The position numbers were made by a program, and so were the translations under genes. This document shows positions 1 through 13,107 of a DNA stretch of 64,000 nt, piece after piece. Source of the DNA: Eledone cirrhosa (taxonomy: Eukaryota). Positions within the stretch are counted from its first letter, which is position 1. Each line of letters begins with the position of its first letter. The notes beneath the pieces are model-generated. The model did no database searches, was not told where the DNA came from, and was given only the letters and a program-made list of their open reading frames with translations. The DNA lies in the NCBI GenBank assembly GCA_964016885.1, contig OZ024741.1:288920001-288984000 (forward strand). The letters are read 5' to 3'.

Positions 1-513
1 ATATGATAAAAATAGTCCTTCGTCAGTGATTTTTCCAACCATCATTGGTATTTCATAGCATTAAAAATCAGATACCTCAGGTTGGTGCGAGCAATAACTA
101 AAAAAAGTTATTGGGACCAGAATTCGCGTAAGGCGAGGGGGACAAGTAAACAACATAGAAGGATAAAAGCAAACCGAAGATAGGAAAATAAACAAGCAAC
201 ATGGTTGTCCGGTCAGCATATCTGGGTGGATTTGATGGGCGAGAGAGGCACAGACCGAGTTGATGTGTGTGAGATGTGAGCAAGAAGAGACCCACACAAG
301 CCAAACGGGAGGAAGTGAGAAGGGGAGAAACAGAGAGTGATTGAGTGGAAGTGTGAGGAAGAGGTCAGTCGAGAGAAAGTGTAACTGACAGAGAGGGCGA
401 AAGAGGGTGAGAGAAACAAAGAGAGCGGGGAAGCGGTAAGAGAGAAACAGACAAACGCAGCCGAGGTAAATATATATAAAAAACATGAGAAGAAAGAAGA
501 ATACTGCGTGGTT

Positions 514-573
<60 letters not shown>

Positions 574-574
<1 letters not shown>

Positions 575-745
575 GTTATTTCCGGTTGAATCGGAGGTAA
601 CCACAGTAAGTAAGGTACTAAATACATTGCAGAGTATAAATGTTTTAATATAGATAAGATTCTACTGTTTCATTCTTTAGAAATCATCAGGAACCCTGAT
701 GATTTCTAAAGAATGAAACAGTTCTAGTCCTGTAGAATCTCATCA

Positions 746-746
<1 letters not shown>
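574..746. mobile_element. Short non-autonomous PLE/retrozyme-like element, family A, head-to-head inverted arms, inserted in (TA)n
   Basis: Near-identical to 1139-1315, 35361-35524 and 62011-62137. Internal inversion centred near 692. HHR cores on both strands (659-694 minus, 696-739 plus). (TA)n on both flanks. Confidence 0.75.
659..694 (-). ncRNA. Type I hammerhead ribozyme motif, family A, helix III shortened by deletion
   Basis: Minus strand: gttc-CTGATGA-tttctaaagaat-GAAA-cag-TA-gaat. Helix I gttc/gaat, helix II ttct/agaa. Confidence 0.55.
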
Positions 747-824
<78 letters not shown>

Positions 825-1100
825 AGGGAGAGAGGAGTAGAGTGAAAAACAAGAGAACGTTCGTCATTGGAATTTTTGAGTGATAAATATAGAAGAAACT
901 ATTCTTGATACTTAAGACAGAATTTTGTCTTGTTCTGGGGGGTAAACAAATAACATACACATAAACACACAAACATAAACACACACACATACGCAAAGAT
1001 ACACACACATACTCACACATACACTTACACAAACACACACACACAAACACACTTACTAGATATTCCATATTTTATAACCAAATTCAATATCATATTCTTT

Positions 1101-1138
<38 letters not shown>

Positions 1139-1139
<1 letters not shown>

Positions 1140-1313
1140 GTTATTCCGGGTTGAATCGGAGGTAACCACAGTAAGTAAGGTACTCAATACATAGCAGAGT
1201 ATAACAGTTTTAATATAGATGAGATTCTACAGGACTAGAACTGTTTCATTCCTGATGATTTCTAACGAATGAAACAGTTCTAGTCCTGTAGAATCTCATC
1301 TATATTAAAACTG

Positions 1314-1315
<2 letters not shown>
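1139..1315. mobile_element. Family A element with inverted arms in (TA)n
   Basis: 1201-1251 is the reverse complement of 1268-1318. The long arm ends (minus strand) in ggttacctccgattcaacccggaataacg-(TA)n. Confidence 0.8.
1248..1294 (+). ncRNA. Type I hammerhead ribozyme motif, family A
   Basis: attc-CTGATGA-tttctaacgaat-GAAA-cagttctagtcctg-TA-gaat. Helix I attc/gaat, helix III cag/ctg, GUA cleavage triplet. Confidence 0.75.
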
Positions 1316-2105
<790 letters not shown>

Positions 2106-2304
2106 CTTTCTTTCTTTAATTCGTTCTTTATCTTTCTTACCTTCTTTCTTTCCTTACTTTATATATTTTTACATTTCTCTCGAGTTTTTTAGGCTTTTTT
2201 CATTTTTTAAAATTGTTAATATCCATTTTTATGTTGTCATTCGTTATTTAATAACTACATCATCATCATCATCATCAACAACAACAACAACAACAACAAC
2301 AATA

Positions 2305-2339
<35 letters not shown>

Positions 2340-2494
2340 TCTATTTTATTATTAATGATAATCTATCATTTATATTTATTTATATGAATTTATTATTAAT
2401 ATTAATTTATAATCATGCCTAATTTATTTTTATTATATTGAATTATGGTCGTCCTCCACCTTTGCCTTCTCCTCCTCCTCCCTAGCCTCCTCCT

Positions 2495-2539
2495 CATCAT
2501 CATCATCATCATCGTCATCATCATCATCGTCGTCACCAA

Positions 2540-2579
<40 letters not shown>

Positions 2580-2709
2580 GCCGTCGTCACCATCATCATC
2601 ATCATCGTCACCATCATCATCATCATCGCCGTCATCATCATCGTCATCATCATCGTCGTCGTCGTCGTTACCATCATCATCGTCGTCGTCACCATCACCA
2701 TCATCATCA

Positions 2710-2740
<31 letters not shown>
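2495..2740. repeat. (ATC/GTC)n trinucleotide microsatellite
   Basis: Direct reading. Confidence 0.9.
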
Positions 2741-2888
2741 CACTAGTTATACCATAATCCTTCTTATCTCCTATTCCTTTCGTTATGTAAATAAAAAATG
2801 TTTGGTATATTTTTTAAATTATTATATCATTTTTGCCAACTTACCATAATCGTAGATGCCACTCTTCACCCTCACTCTCTCTCTCCTC

Positions 2889-2983
<95 letters not shown>

Positions 2984-2986
2984 CTA

Positions 2987-3026
<40 letters not shown>

Positions 3027-3153
3027 TATATATATATATATATTTATTAAAATAACAGATTAATAAATATTTGCTCTACGGTTCTTATATATTTGATATA
3101 TATTTATCCTTATCGAGCCCTCTTTGGATTTTAGTCTTCACATTTATTATTAT

Positions 3154-3188
<35 letters not shown>

Positions 3189-3234
3189 TATTAATTCAAA
3201 ATATTAACAAAATAGATATTCTTGTGATCAAGTA

Positions 3235-3301
3235 TATTTTACTATACATATTTCAGAGGTACTGAGTTAACTTCAACAGTACGTCCTCATCAGATAAAAT
3301 A
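3235..3301 (-). ncRNA. Type I hammerhead ribozyme motif, family B
   Basis: Minus: tattttat-CTGATGA-ggacgtactg..cagtacctct-GAAA-tatgta-TA-gtaaaata. 8-bp helix I, gtactg/cagtac helix II, near-palindromic helix III ATATGTAT. Confidence 0.75.
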
Positions 3302-3455
3302 AGATGATGCATGACATACCCTGACATAGTAGATGGTTAAGATTTTGTTAATATTTTGAATTAATATTAATAACTCCGGAAAACATCTTGTTGAGTGCTT
3401 CCAATCTATTGTAAAACTCATTCTTTGATTTATTCATTGAACCTTGTTTAACGTT

Positions 3456-3493
<38 letters not shown>

Positions 3494-3521
3494 ATCAAAA
3501 GATGGTTAAAAGAGTTCCATG

Positions 3522-3592
3522 TATTTTATTATGCGCATTTCAAAAACAAATATCATCATGCAATAACATTTGCGTTTTCGTCAGATAAAATA
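3522..3592 (-). ncRNA. Type I hammerhead ribozyme motif, family C
   Basis: Minus: tattttat-CTGACGA-aaac..gtttt(t)-GAAA-tgcgca-TA-ataaaata. Perfect 8-bp helix I, palindromic helix III ATGCGCAT. Confidence 0.8.
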
Positions 3593-3689
3593 GGGAGACA
3601 TGATATGAAGGTTAAAACACACTTGTGAATAGGGCAATTTTAAATCAACATATTCACAAGTGTGTTTTAACCTTCATATCATGTCTCCC

Positions 3690-3760
3690 TATTTTATCTG
3701 ACGAAAACGCAAATGTTATTGCATGATGATATTTGTTTTTGAAATGCACATAATAAAATA
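3690..3760 (+). ncRNA. Type I hammerhead ribozyme motif, family C, second arm
   Basis: tattttat-CTGACGA-aaacgcaaatgttattgcatgatgatatttgttttt-GAAA-tgcaca-TA-ataaaata. Confidence 0.75.
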
Positions 3761-3883
3761 CATGGAACTCTTTTAACCATCTTTTGATCTTATATATTAT
3801 TTATACTCCAGTCCTACAAACTGTAGAGTGCTACTTATCCAATATCTGCATTGCTTTATTGTACTACAATAAAACTCACCTCC

Positions 3884-3934
<51 letters not shown>

Positions 3935-4365
3935 CTCTTCATCATATCAAGTTTTATTTCCATATATTTTCCATTCCCTGTTTCATTTTCTCCATCTCTA
4001 TAAATCTTCTATTTTTCCCTCTATCCCAGTCTATAACTTCCCATTCTATTTTTTTTTTAAATCAGCATATCTATCTTTTCATTTAATGCTTTATTCCTAC
4101 ATCCTCATGCAGAAATATCAATACATACACATAAGCATGCGCGCATACACACACATACAAACACACATACACGCTCAAACACACATACGAACACAAACAC
4201 ACATGCACACTCACACATATATATATATATATGTGTACAATATATATAGATGCATGTATATATATGTATTTATACATACACACGCATTTATACACACATG
4301 CAAACATATACGTATATATCTTCCATATACTGTACCAATTGTGTTGTTATTTCTGTTTACCTTTT

Positions 4366-4431
<66 letters not shown>

Positions 4432-4433
<2 letters not shown>

Positions 4434-4605
4434 GAAAGGTATAGAAAATATTGTAGCAAAAAGCCAACAATATTCCATAATATATAAGTGACTATAGCGT
4501 CAAAATGGGAAAAATAGTTAACGTAAGATGTGGGAAAAATAATTCAAACTCAACTCAAAGAGAATCAGGATATAGATTCATCCACAGAATTTAGTAAAAT
4601 CCAGG

Positions 4606-4642
<37 letters not shown>

Positions 4643-4803
4643 AATAGCGTTACAAATGAAAAACAAGTAAATTAAACGTGAAAAACTTTTGAAAAGCTGT
4701 TTTAAGCGAAACCGGTCAACTACAATAGTACAAAAGTTGTTTTTGATGTAAAAAAACGTTTTTTTCGTTGTGTACTACAGATGCAACATCTTTTTCTATT
4801 TTC

Positions 4804-4804
<1 letters not shown>
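4432..4804. repeat. Interspersed repeat family R, unclassified, starting at (TA)n/(GA)n
   Basis: Shares agcaa(a/g)aagccaaca..ataatatataagtgactata(g/a)cgtcaaaatgg with 12577-13020, 23109-23716 and 31152-31431. Confidence 0.7.
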
Positions 4805-4860
<56 letters not shown>

Positions 4861-5227
4861 CATATATATATATACATACATATATATATGTATGTATACA
4901 TATGTATGTATACCTTGTTCTACAGACCTTATTGTCTTCTGTTTTACTATTTCTCTCCTTTCTATATTTTCTAATTTAGCTAAGTCCTTGCTCACTCTAT
5001 ATTTGTGTAATTTGTCTCTGCCTGTTTTGTTTTGTATCCCAATGTCAATTGGAATGAATGGCTTGACCTCAAATAATCGAAACCGTTGTGATTTCCAGAT
5101 GTTGACTGCGGAGATGGAACTGTTCGTCTTTCCCTTGTTTTTTTCCCATTGCCTTTGTCCTGTGGGCTCCCTAGTTTAAACATATATATCCATCCACTCA
5201 TCCATGCATACACACAAATATATATAA

Positions 5228-5285
5228 GGGCGGTGCCCCAGCATGGCCTTGCCGGAAGGCTGTAACAGGTAAAAGAGTAAAAGAT
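5228..5285 (+). mobile_element. Isolated LINE/SINE 3' tail matching the CR1-like element at 15410
   Basis: gggcggtgccccagcatggcct...gtaaaagag matches the reverse complement of 15410-15462. Flanked by TA repeats. Confidence 0.7.
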
Positions 5286-5375
5286 ATATATTTGATAAAT
5301 TATAATTGTCAAAAGATGTAATAAAACACTGTTTATCACATTGGTATAAGATATAATTTCTCGTTATTAAAGTCT

Positions 5376-5553
5376 GGATTAGCAGTATCAGTAGAGGGTC
5401 GGACGCCATGCTTTCCAGCATAGTTACGTCCCTTTACGATCTGAGTTCAAATCCCGCCGAGGTTGACTTTGCCTTTCATCCTTACGGGGTCGATAAAATA
5501 AAGTACCAGTAATGCACTGAGTAATTGCCGGCCTTGTGCCTAAAGTAGAAACA
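5376..5553 (+). mobile_element. tRNA-derived SINE (Meta-domain-like core)
   Basis: B-box gagttcaaatcc, core gcctttcatccttacggggtcgataaaataaagtacc, TSD attaaagtct at 5366-5375 and 5554-5563. Confidence 0.85.
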
Positions 5554-5582
5554 ATTAAAGTCTAGTGAAACACTCCCAAATT

Positions 5583-5668
<86 letters not shown>

Positions 5669-5823
5669 CAGTGGCTTTACATTGAATTTCAGTTTCAATC
5701 TTCGCCGACGATGACGACACCAGCTTTTCAAAGCTCTGGAAAGCTAGAGCTACTTGTTTCTGAAGACGGTTGAAAGTGAACCGAAATGGAGAGGGTTTCT
5801 ATATCGGGACGTATATTTATGAA

Positions 5824-5877
<54 letters not shown>

Positions 5878-6154
5878 TGTTTGTGTGTGTGTGTGTGTGT
5901 GGGGGGGGGTTACACATATATAGAGAGCGAGATACACACACATACATATATATGTACATGTGTACATACGTAGGTAAGAGTGATTGTACAATATCTATAT
6001 ATTAGTATATGAGAATATGCGCCAATATCACTGTTGATAAATACATTCCTTGCCATATATACGTCTACATAAGTGGGTAAAGATTTATTAAGTATAGATA
6101 TACAACACACACGTACATACAGAAACATACACAGGCGCCGCAAGCATTCACACA

Positions 6155-6210
<56 letters not shown>

Positions 6211-6235
6211 TGTATATATATATATACATATATAT

Positions 6236-6292
<57 letters not shown>

Positions 6293-6307
6293 CATACATT
6301 CATATAG

Positions 6308-6377
<70 letters not shown>

Positions 6378-6429
6378 TTATATATTATTATTATTATATG
6401 TGTACATATTTATGCATATTTACATATGT

Positions 6430-6508
<79 letters not shown>

Positions 6509-6812
6509 TATGTAAAGAGGACAGAGATAGATAAGTAGATATAGATATAAATATCCAACATGTCTACTTTCTCACCCATCTTCCTTTTCTTTGTTTATCT
6601 CGCTTTCTACATATATATATATATATTACACACACATATATATATTTATATATATACATATACATTTATAAGTATACATATATATATATATGTGTGTGTG
6701 TGTATACATAAATATATATATATATATATATATATGTGTGTATATATATATGTGTATGTGTATATATAATATATATATATATATATAAATATACATATAT
6801 ACGTATATATAT

Positions 6813-6843
<31 letters not shown>

Positions 6844-6901
6844 CATATGTATATATTATACATACGTATGTATATATATTTATGTATAGATACGTACATA
6901 T

Positions 6902-6977
<76 letters not shown>

Positions 6978-6982
6978 TTATA

Positions 6983-7020
<38 letters not shown>

Positions 7021-7022
<2 letters not shown>

Positions 7023-7144
7023 CGTATGTATGTATGTGCGTGTGTATATAAGTGTACACACACATATTTGTCTATATGTTTGTGTATATATATATGTATA
7101 TATATACTTAGATATATATATATATATTTATATATATATATACT

Positions 7145-7177
<33 letters not shown>

Positions 7178-7285
7178 ACTTATATATATATTTATATATA
7201 CGTATGTATGTATGTGCGTGTGTATATAAGTGTACACACACATTTGTCTATATGTTTGTGTATATATAAATATATATATACTTAG

Positions 7286-7317
<32 letters not shown>

Positions 7318-7410
7318 ACTTATATATATATATATATATATTTATATATACGTATGTATGTATGTGCGTGTGTATATAAGTGTACACACACATATTTGTC
7401 TATATATTTG
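7021..7410. repeat. Three tandem copies of a 150-180 bp TA-rich unit
   Basis: tacgtatgtatgtatgtgcgtgtgtatataagtgtacacacacat recurs near 7021, 7199 and 7349. Confidence 0.8.
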
Positions 7411-8420
7411 TGTGTAGATACATATATATATATATGGTGTATATATCGTGCCGTGCTGTGCAATAGTTACCCAGATAGCCACCACGAGTGTCTCATCAAT
7501 AACAAATACGCTATTGAGTTATGATTTTTACCTTCGGGGCTTTTCACGGTTTCCCCCGATCGAATATCCATTGTATCTGATAGACTAATAGATTGATTGC
7601 GTGTGTACACGAATATATATATGTGTGTGTGTGTGTGAGTGTCTTGTATATATGTTTATGTGTATGGGAGGGTATGTGTGTGTATGGGTGGGGATGGGGG
7701 TGTATGTGTATGTGTGTGTGTGTCCCTCCCTTGTATATGGATGTGTGGGGTGGGAGGTGGGTGGTGAATGTGTGTGTGTGCGTGTGTCCCTTGCATATAT
7801 TTGTATGTGTGTGTGTGTGGGGGGGGGAATGTGTGTGGGGGGATGTGTGTGTGGGGGGGATATGTGTGTGTGTGGGTGTGTGTGACCCTTGTATATATGT
7901 GTATGTGTGTGTGTGTGTGTGTGTGTGTATATTTTATAGGACTATAGATAATTACACAGACGTATGTATATGTTTGTGTGTGACTATAAGCCTTTCTCTG
8001 CGTATGTGATGTGCGAGTGTGTGTGTGTGTGTCTGTCTGTCTGAGTATGTGTGTGTATATGTGTGTGTGTGTGTACATAGACATATCTATACGAGTATGT
8101 CTGTGCATATTTCTGATAAACCTACACATTTATTGTGTTTGTATACGTGCATGCGTTTGAGTATGTATCTCTGCATGTGTGTGTGTGTGTGTGTCTGTGC
8201 ATATGTGTGTGTGCATATATGTATGTATGCACATGTGTGTGCATATGTGTGTGCGTGTATCTTATAGACCTTAGAGAGGTGGTTTGTCTATACGTATCTA
8301 TGTGTGTATGTATAAATTATAGACCCATAGATTGATGTTGTTTGAACACGACCTGCGTGCATATGTATGTGTGTATGTGAGAGTATACAAGGGTATATCT
8401 AACTGTGTATCTGTGTGAGT

Positions 8421-8492
<72 letters not shown>

Positions 8493-8581
8493 GTGTCTAT
8501 CTGTGAATATGTGTATGTTTGTGTGTAGGATAATCCGGTTGATAGATTGTTGGACTGTGTACATGGACATATATATATATT

Positions 8582-8624
<43 letters not shown>

Positions 8625-8770
8625 ATGTGTGCGTGTGTAAGGATGTGTCTGTGCTTGTGTGTGTAAACATATACACACAGACAAGACACATACACACACA
8701 CACACACATGTACACGCGCACACACACAAACACACGCGTTTCAACTATCCTTAGTATTTCTGTGATACCT

Positions 8771-8835
<65 letters not shown>

Positions 8836-9126
8836 ACATAAATGTAATAAACTTGGAAACGGTTACGAAACCTTCATGGCCATCGACTGTCGAAATGGAC
8901 GTAGACAGGTTCGACCCCTATTGACAGTACTGCTTGTCTATTCGGGTTCACAAAGTCTAACAATGTAGTTAAACACTATCCTGATTTTCTTTTTTACATG
9001 ACGAAGACAAAGTAGAACCTACATGAGATTACATGGCAGAGACAAAACACATAGTTAAGTTTGGCCCGACAGAGCGAAGTAACGACAAAGCGAATGTATG
9101 TATATATATATGTATATATATTTATA

Positions 9127-9914
9127 CTAGCAGAATGGCCCGGCGTTGCTCGGGATTTGCTATAGGGTTCTTATATATTTGATATATATTTATCCTTATC
9201 GAACCTCGTGAAATAAATACGTTTGTTTATATTTTGTTATTGTGTATGCAAAAATATCTGTCCATAAATATATAATTATATATATATATATATTAAAATA
9301 ACAGACTAAAGTTTAAGCAAAGAATCACTGCTTTCACCCTTAACGGGATATTCTACCTAAAAGCAGTATGAAGTACATACACTAAGACTAATTGATGTAA
9401 TCTTTGGCCTTGTTTGTTTATATTTTGTTTTTGTGTATGCAAAAATATCTGTACACGAATATCTATATTAAAATAACATATTAATGTTTAAGCAAAGAAT
9501 CGCTGCTTTCAACCTTAACGGGATCTTCTTAAACTAAAAAAATCAATCTGGAAAACAGGAAGACGATACTTTGGTTCGTGAAGACGTTCCCTAGCATAAG
9601 AATATATACACACACACACACTGATCGCGTCATAATGACGTAATGCAGACAGTCAGGCATACAGACAGATATTATGAAGGCGCGACGTCATATCTATGTA
9701 TCTATCTAAAAAGAGAAAGACTAAGAGAAAGAGAAAGAGATCGCTAAATCGCCTAATGCGGTCCCTAGGGCATTGAAAATTTGAAATTGTTTTTGCTCAA
9801 AACACTTGCGGTGTAATACGGGTTACATGTATAAAGTTTGAAAAAAACTGGTTGGGTACTTCTCGAGTTTTAAGGAAACAGACACACAGACATCCTCTGT
9901 TTTATATATATAGA
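9127..9914 (-). mobile_element. Non-autonomous Helitron
   Basis: Minus strand begins A|TCTATATATATAAAA and ends with hairpin cccgagc-aac-gccggg, a short spacer, then CTAG|T. These are the canonical Helitron termini and AT target. Confidence 0.75.
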
Positions 9915-10079
9915 TATGTATATATATATATATATAGTAATAATAATAAATTTGAAGACTAAAATCCAAAGACGGCTTGATAAGGATAAATATATATCAA
10001 ATATATAAGAACCGTAGAGCAAATATTTATTAAAATTTCAGAAGATCCCGTTAAGGGTGAAAGCAGCGATTCCTTGTTA

Positions 10080-10116
<37 letters not shown>

Positions 10117-10119
<3 letters not shown>

Positions 10120-10744
10120 TGTATATACAGTGTATTTTGCAACACACTGTATGCTTAATTAAAAGCATTTCGAAGATCTTACGCTATTGTTTTAGAGTAG
10201 TAACAGTCTCACTTACTTTAAATTTTCAGCAAACATGGGAGATAAAGCTGACAGAACTCTGTTTCGTACTGATTGGTACTTATCAAAGCCAAGTACTCCA
10301 CCTGTTTGCTGAAAATCATGAATGTTTGATTTTTATAGAATTCTAGTAATAATCAGGAGCTGATTATACAGAGCGGTTTCCGGTCAGGCACAAATTGAAA
10401 ATTAGAATTGGTACTCTGAAATAGCGATATATATATGAATGTATATATAGTGTATTTTGCAATACACTGTATGCTTAATTAAAAGCATTTCGAAAACCTT
10501 ACGCTATTGTTTTAGAGTAGTGACAGTCTCACTTACTTTAAATTTTCAGCAAACAGGGGAGATAAAGCTGACAGAGCTCTGTTTCGTACTGATTGGTACT
10601 CATCAAATCCAAGTACTCCACCTGTTTGCTGAAAATCATGAATGTTTGATTCTTATAGAATTCTAGTAATAATCAGGAACTGATTATACAGAGCGGTTGC
10701 CGGTCAGGCAGAAATTGAAAACTAGAATTGGTACTCTGGAATAG

Positions 10745-10746
<2 letters not shown>
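10117..10746 (-). repeat. Tandem dimer of a 320-bp unit, each with a variant HHR (retrozyme-like)
   Basis: Units 10117-10426 and 10437-10746 are separated by short (AT)n. HHR-like motifs at 10246-10290 and 10566-10610 on the minus strand. Confidence 0.8.
10566..10610 (-). ncRNA. Hammerhead-like motif with U at core position 3
   Basis: Minus: ggat-TTGATGA-gtaccaatcagtac-GAAA-cagagctctg-TC-agct. Palindromic helix III ACAGAGCTCTGT. The sister copy at 10246-10290 has helix I ggct/agct and TTGATAA. Confidence 0.6.
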
Positions 10747-10779
<33 letters not shown>

Positions 10780-10936
10780 GTTATGCTTTGGGAGGGTCAT
10801 GTTGCCAATAAGAAACACACGCACCAGTTGCTTTCACTTCAATTTATTATAATAAATTTATGAATTTAGGAATTTATAAATTTCCGGCTGGTTGGTTGGT
10901 TGGTTGGTTCCACAACCAGATGATTGTTTATATATT

Positions 10937-10979
10937 GTCAAAGTATTTTCGTCATACATTCTGTGACCTCTTCAGTGAC
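10937..10979 (-). ncRNA. Type I hammerhead ribozyme motif, family D
   Basis: Minus: gtca-CTGAAGA-ggtcacagaatgtatgac-GAAA-atac-TT-tgac. Helix I gtca/tgac. Confidence 0.65.
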
Positions 10980-11395
10980 TGGGGATTCTTTTCTTTGTTT
11001 TTGTGCCTCTCCTTTGTTCTGTCCTACGCCATTTTGTTTTTGTGTGTGTTGTGTGCTTAGTTTGCGCATGTGTTACATCCGGGTGTCTGTGTGTGTTTAT
11101 ATTTGTTTATTTATTTGTTTATTTATTTGTTTATTTACAGGTTACTGGTTGGTTGTTTGTTCTATGTGCGTGTGTATTTTCATTTTGTCCTTAATTGTAA
11201 GTTGTGATGTTGCTGTTCCATTCATGTTTTCTATTTAATTCATGTTTTCTATATAAACAAATAAATAAACAAATATAAACACACACAGACACCGGGATGT
11301 AACACATGCGCAAACTAAGCACACAACACACACAAAAACAAAATGGCGTAGGACAGAACAAAGGAGAGGCACAAAAACAAAGAAAAGAATCCCCA

Positions 11396-11438
11396 GTCAC
11401 TGAAGAGGGCACAGAATGTGTGACGAAAGAACTTTGAG
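11396..11438 (+). ncRNA. Type I hammerhead ribozyme motif, family D, second arm
   Basis: gtca-CTGAAGA-gggcacagaatgtgtgac-GAAA-gaac-TT-tgag. The two arms (AATACT, AGAACT) imply an ancestral palindrome AGTACT. Confidence 0.6.
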
Positions 11439-11646
11439 AATATATAAACAATCATCTGGTTGTGGAACCAACCAACCAACCGGAAATTTATAAATTCCTA
11501 AATTTATAAATTTATTATAATAAATTGAAGTGAAAGCAACTGGTGCGTGTGTTTCTTATTGGCAACATGACCCTCCCAAAGTATAACAATATCGGTTTTA
11601 ACACACGTTTTCAGATAAAGAATCTTGCTAAACAAATTCAGAAACG

Positions 11647-11685
<39 letters not shown>

Positions 11686-11723
11686 TATATATATATATAT
11701 ATATATACTATATATGTATATAT

Positions 11724-11837
<114 letters not shown>

Positions 11838-11877
11838 CGATATTAATAAATGGAAACTATATTTATAAAACCATATT

Positions 11878-11942
11878 TATTTCATTATACATATTTCAGG
11901 GATACCAAATTAAATTATGGTATGCCTTCATCAGACAAAATA
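11878..11942 (-). ncRNA. Type I hammerhead ribozyme motif, family B
   Basis: Minus: tattttgt-CTGATGA-aggcatacca..tggtatccct-GAAA-tatgta-TA-atgaaata. Confidence 0.75.
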
Positions 11943-12018
11943 CAATATATAACAGTTTTACAAATAAGCTTTGACGTACCCTTTTAAAATGCAACCATTA
12001 TTTTTGGAAGCCATCTGG

Positions 12019-12094
<76 letters not shown>

Positions 12095-12119
12095 ATTTAT
12101 ATATATATGTATTTATGTA

Positions 12120-12204
<85 letters not shown>

Positions 12205-12449
12205 ATATATATATATATATATGTGTGTATATATATATGTATATATAACAGAGGAGCAGATTGATACTGTAGTCGGGTTTTATGGGTCACCTTGAGCCAA
12301 TCCTCTGCAAAACGCGCGTAATAGGTCGGTATGCAATAAATGCTTTTCATATGTAAACGAAACTTCCGCATTTTTTCTATTATATACACTCTGCCTGTGC
12401 AAAGAGTGCTTGATTTGGTACCAACACCAATATTTCATCGTACTACCTA

Positions 12450-13020
<571 letters not shown>

Positions 13021-13107
13021 AAATATATATATATATATTGATTCTTCTCAATCATATTCCGTTCAGAGGTTCTCTTGTTATAGAGATTGCAACAAGGTTC
13101 CTATTCA

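Larger units (their letters stand above)
3491..3791. mobile_element. About 140-bp-arm inverted repeat element (family C) with one HHR per arm
   Basis: 3491-3631 is an almost perfect reverse complement of 3651-3791 with a 19-nt spacer. The left flank is (TA)n. Confidence 0.85.
10779..11649. mobile_element. Family D element: about 340-bp inverted arms with HHRs, asymmetric 3' extension, in (TA)n
   Basis: 10779-11121 is the reverse complement of about 11254-11588. The right arm continues to 11649. A shorter relative lies at 31921-32148. Confidence 0.85.

Noticed and set aside
1-40. CTGACGA on the minus strand at the window edge
   Set aside because: The remainder of a possible HHR would lie outside the window, so it cannot be evaluated.
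5755-5812. CTGAAGA-cggtt..aacc-GAAA-tggaga..tttcta-TA hammerhead-like string
   Set aside because: Helices II and III pair, but helix I does not pair in register. At best a decayed copy.
12248-12326. cagagga..tcctctg-c-AAAA-cgcgcg-TA, possible HHR 3' half
   Set aside because: No CUGANGA and GAAA is altered. Insufficient support.
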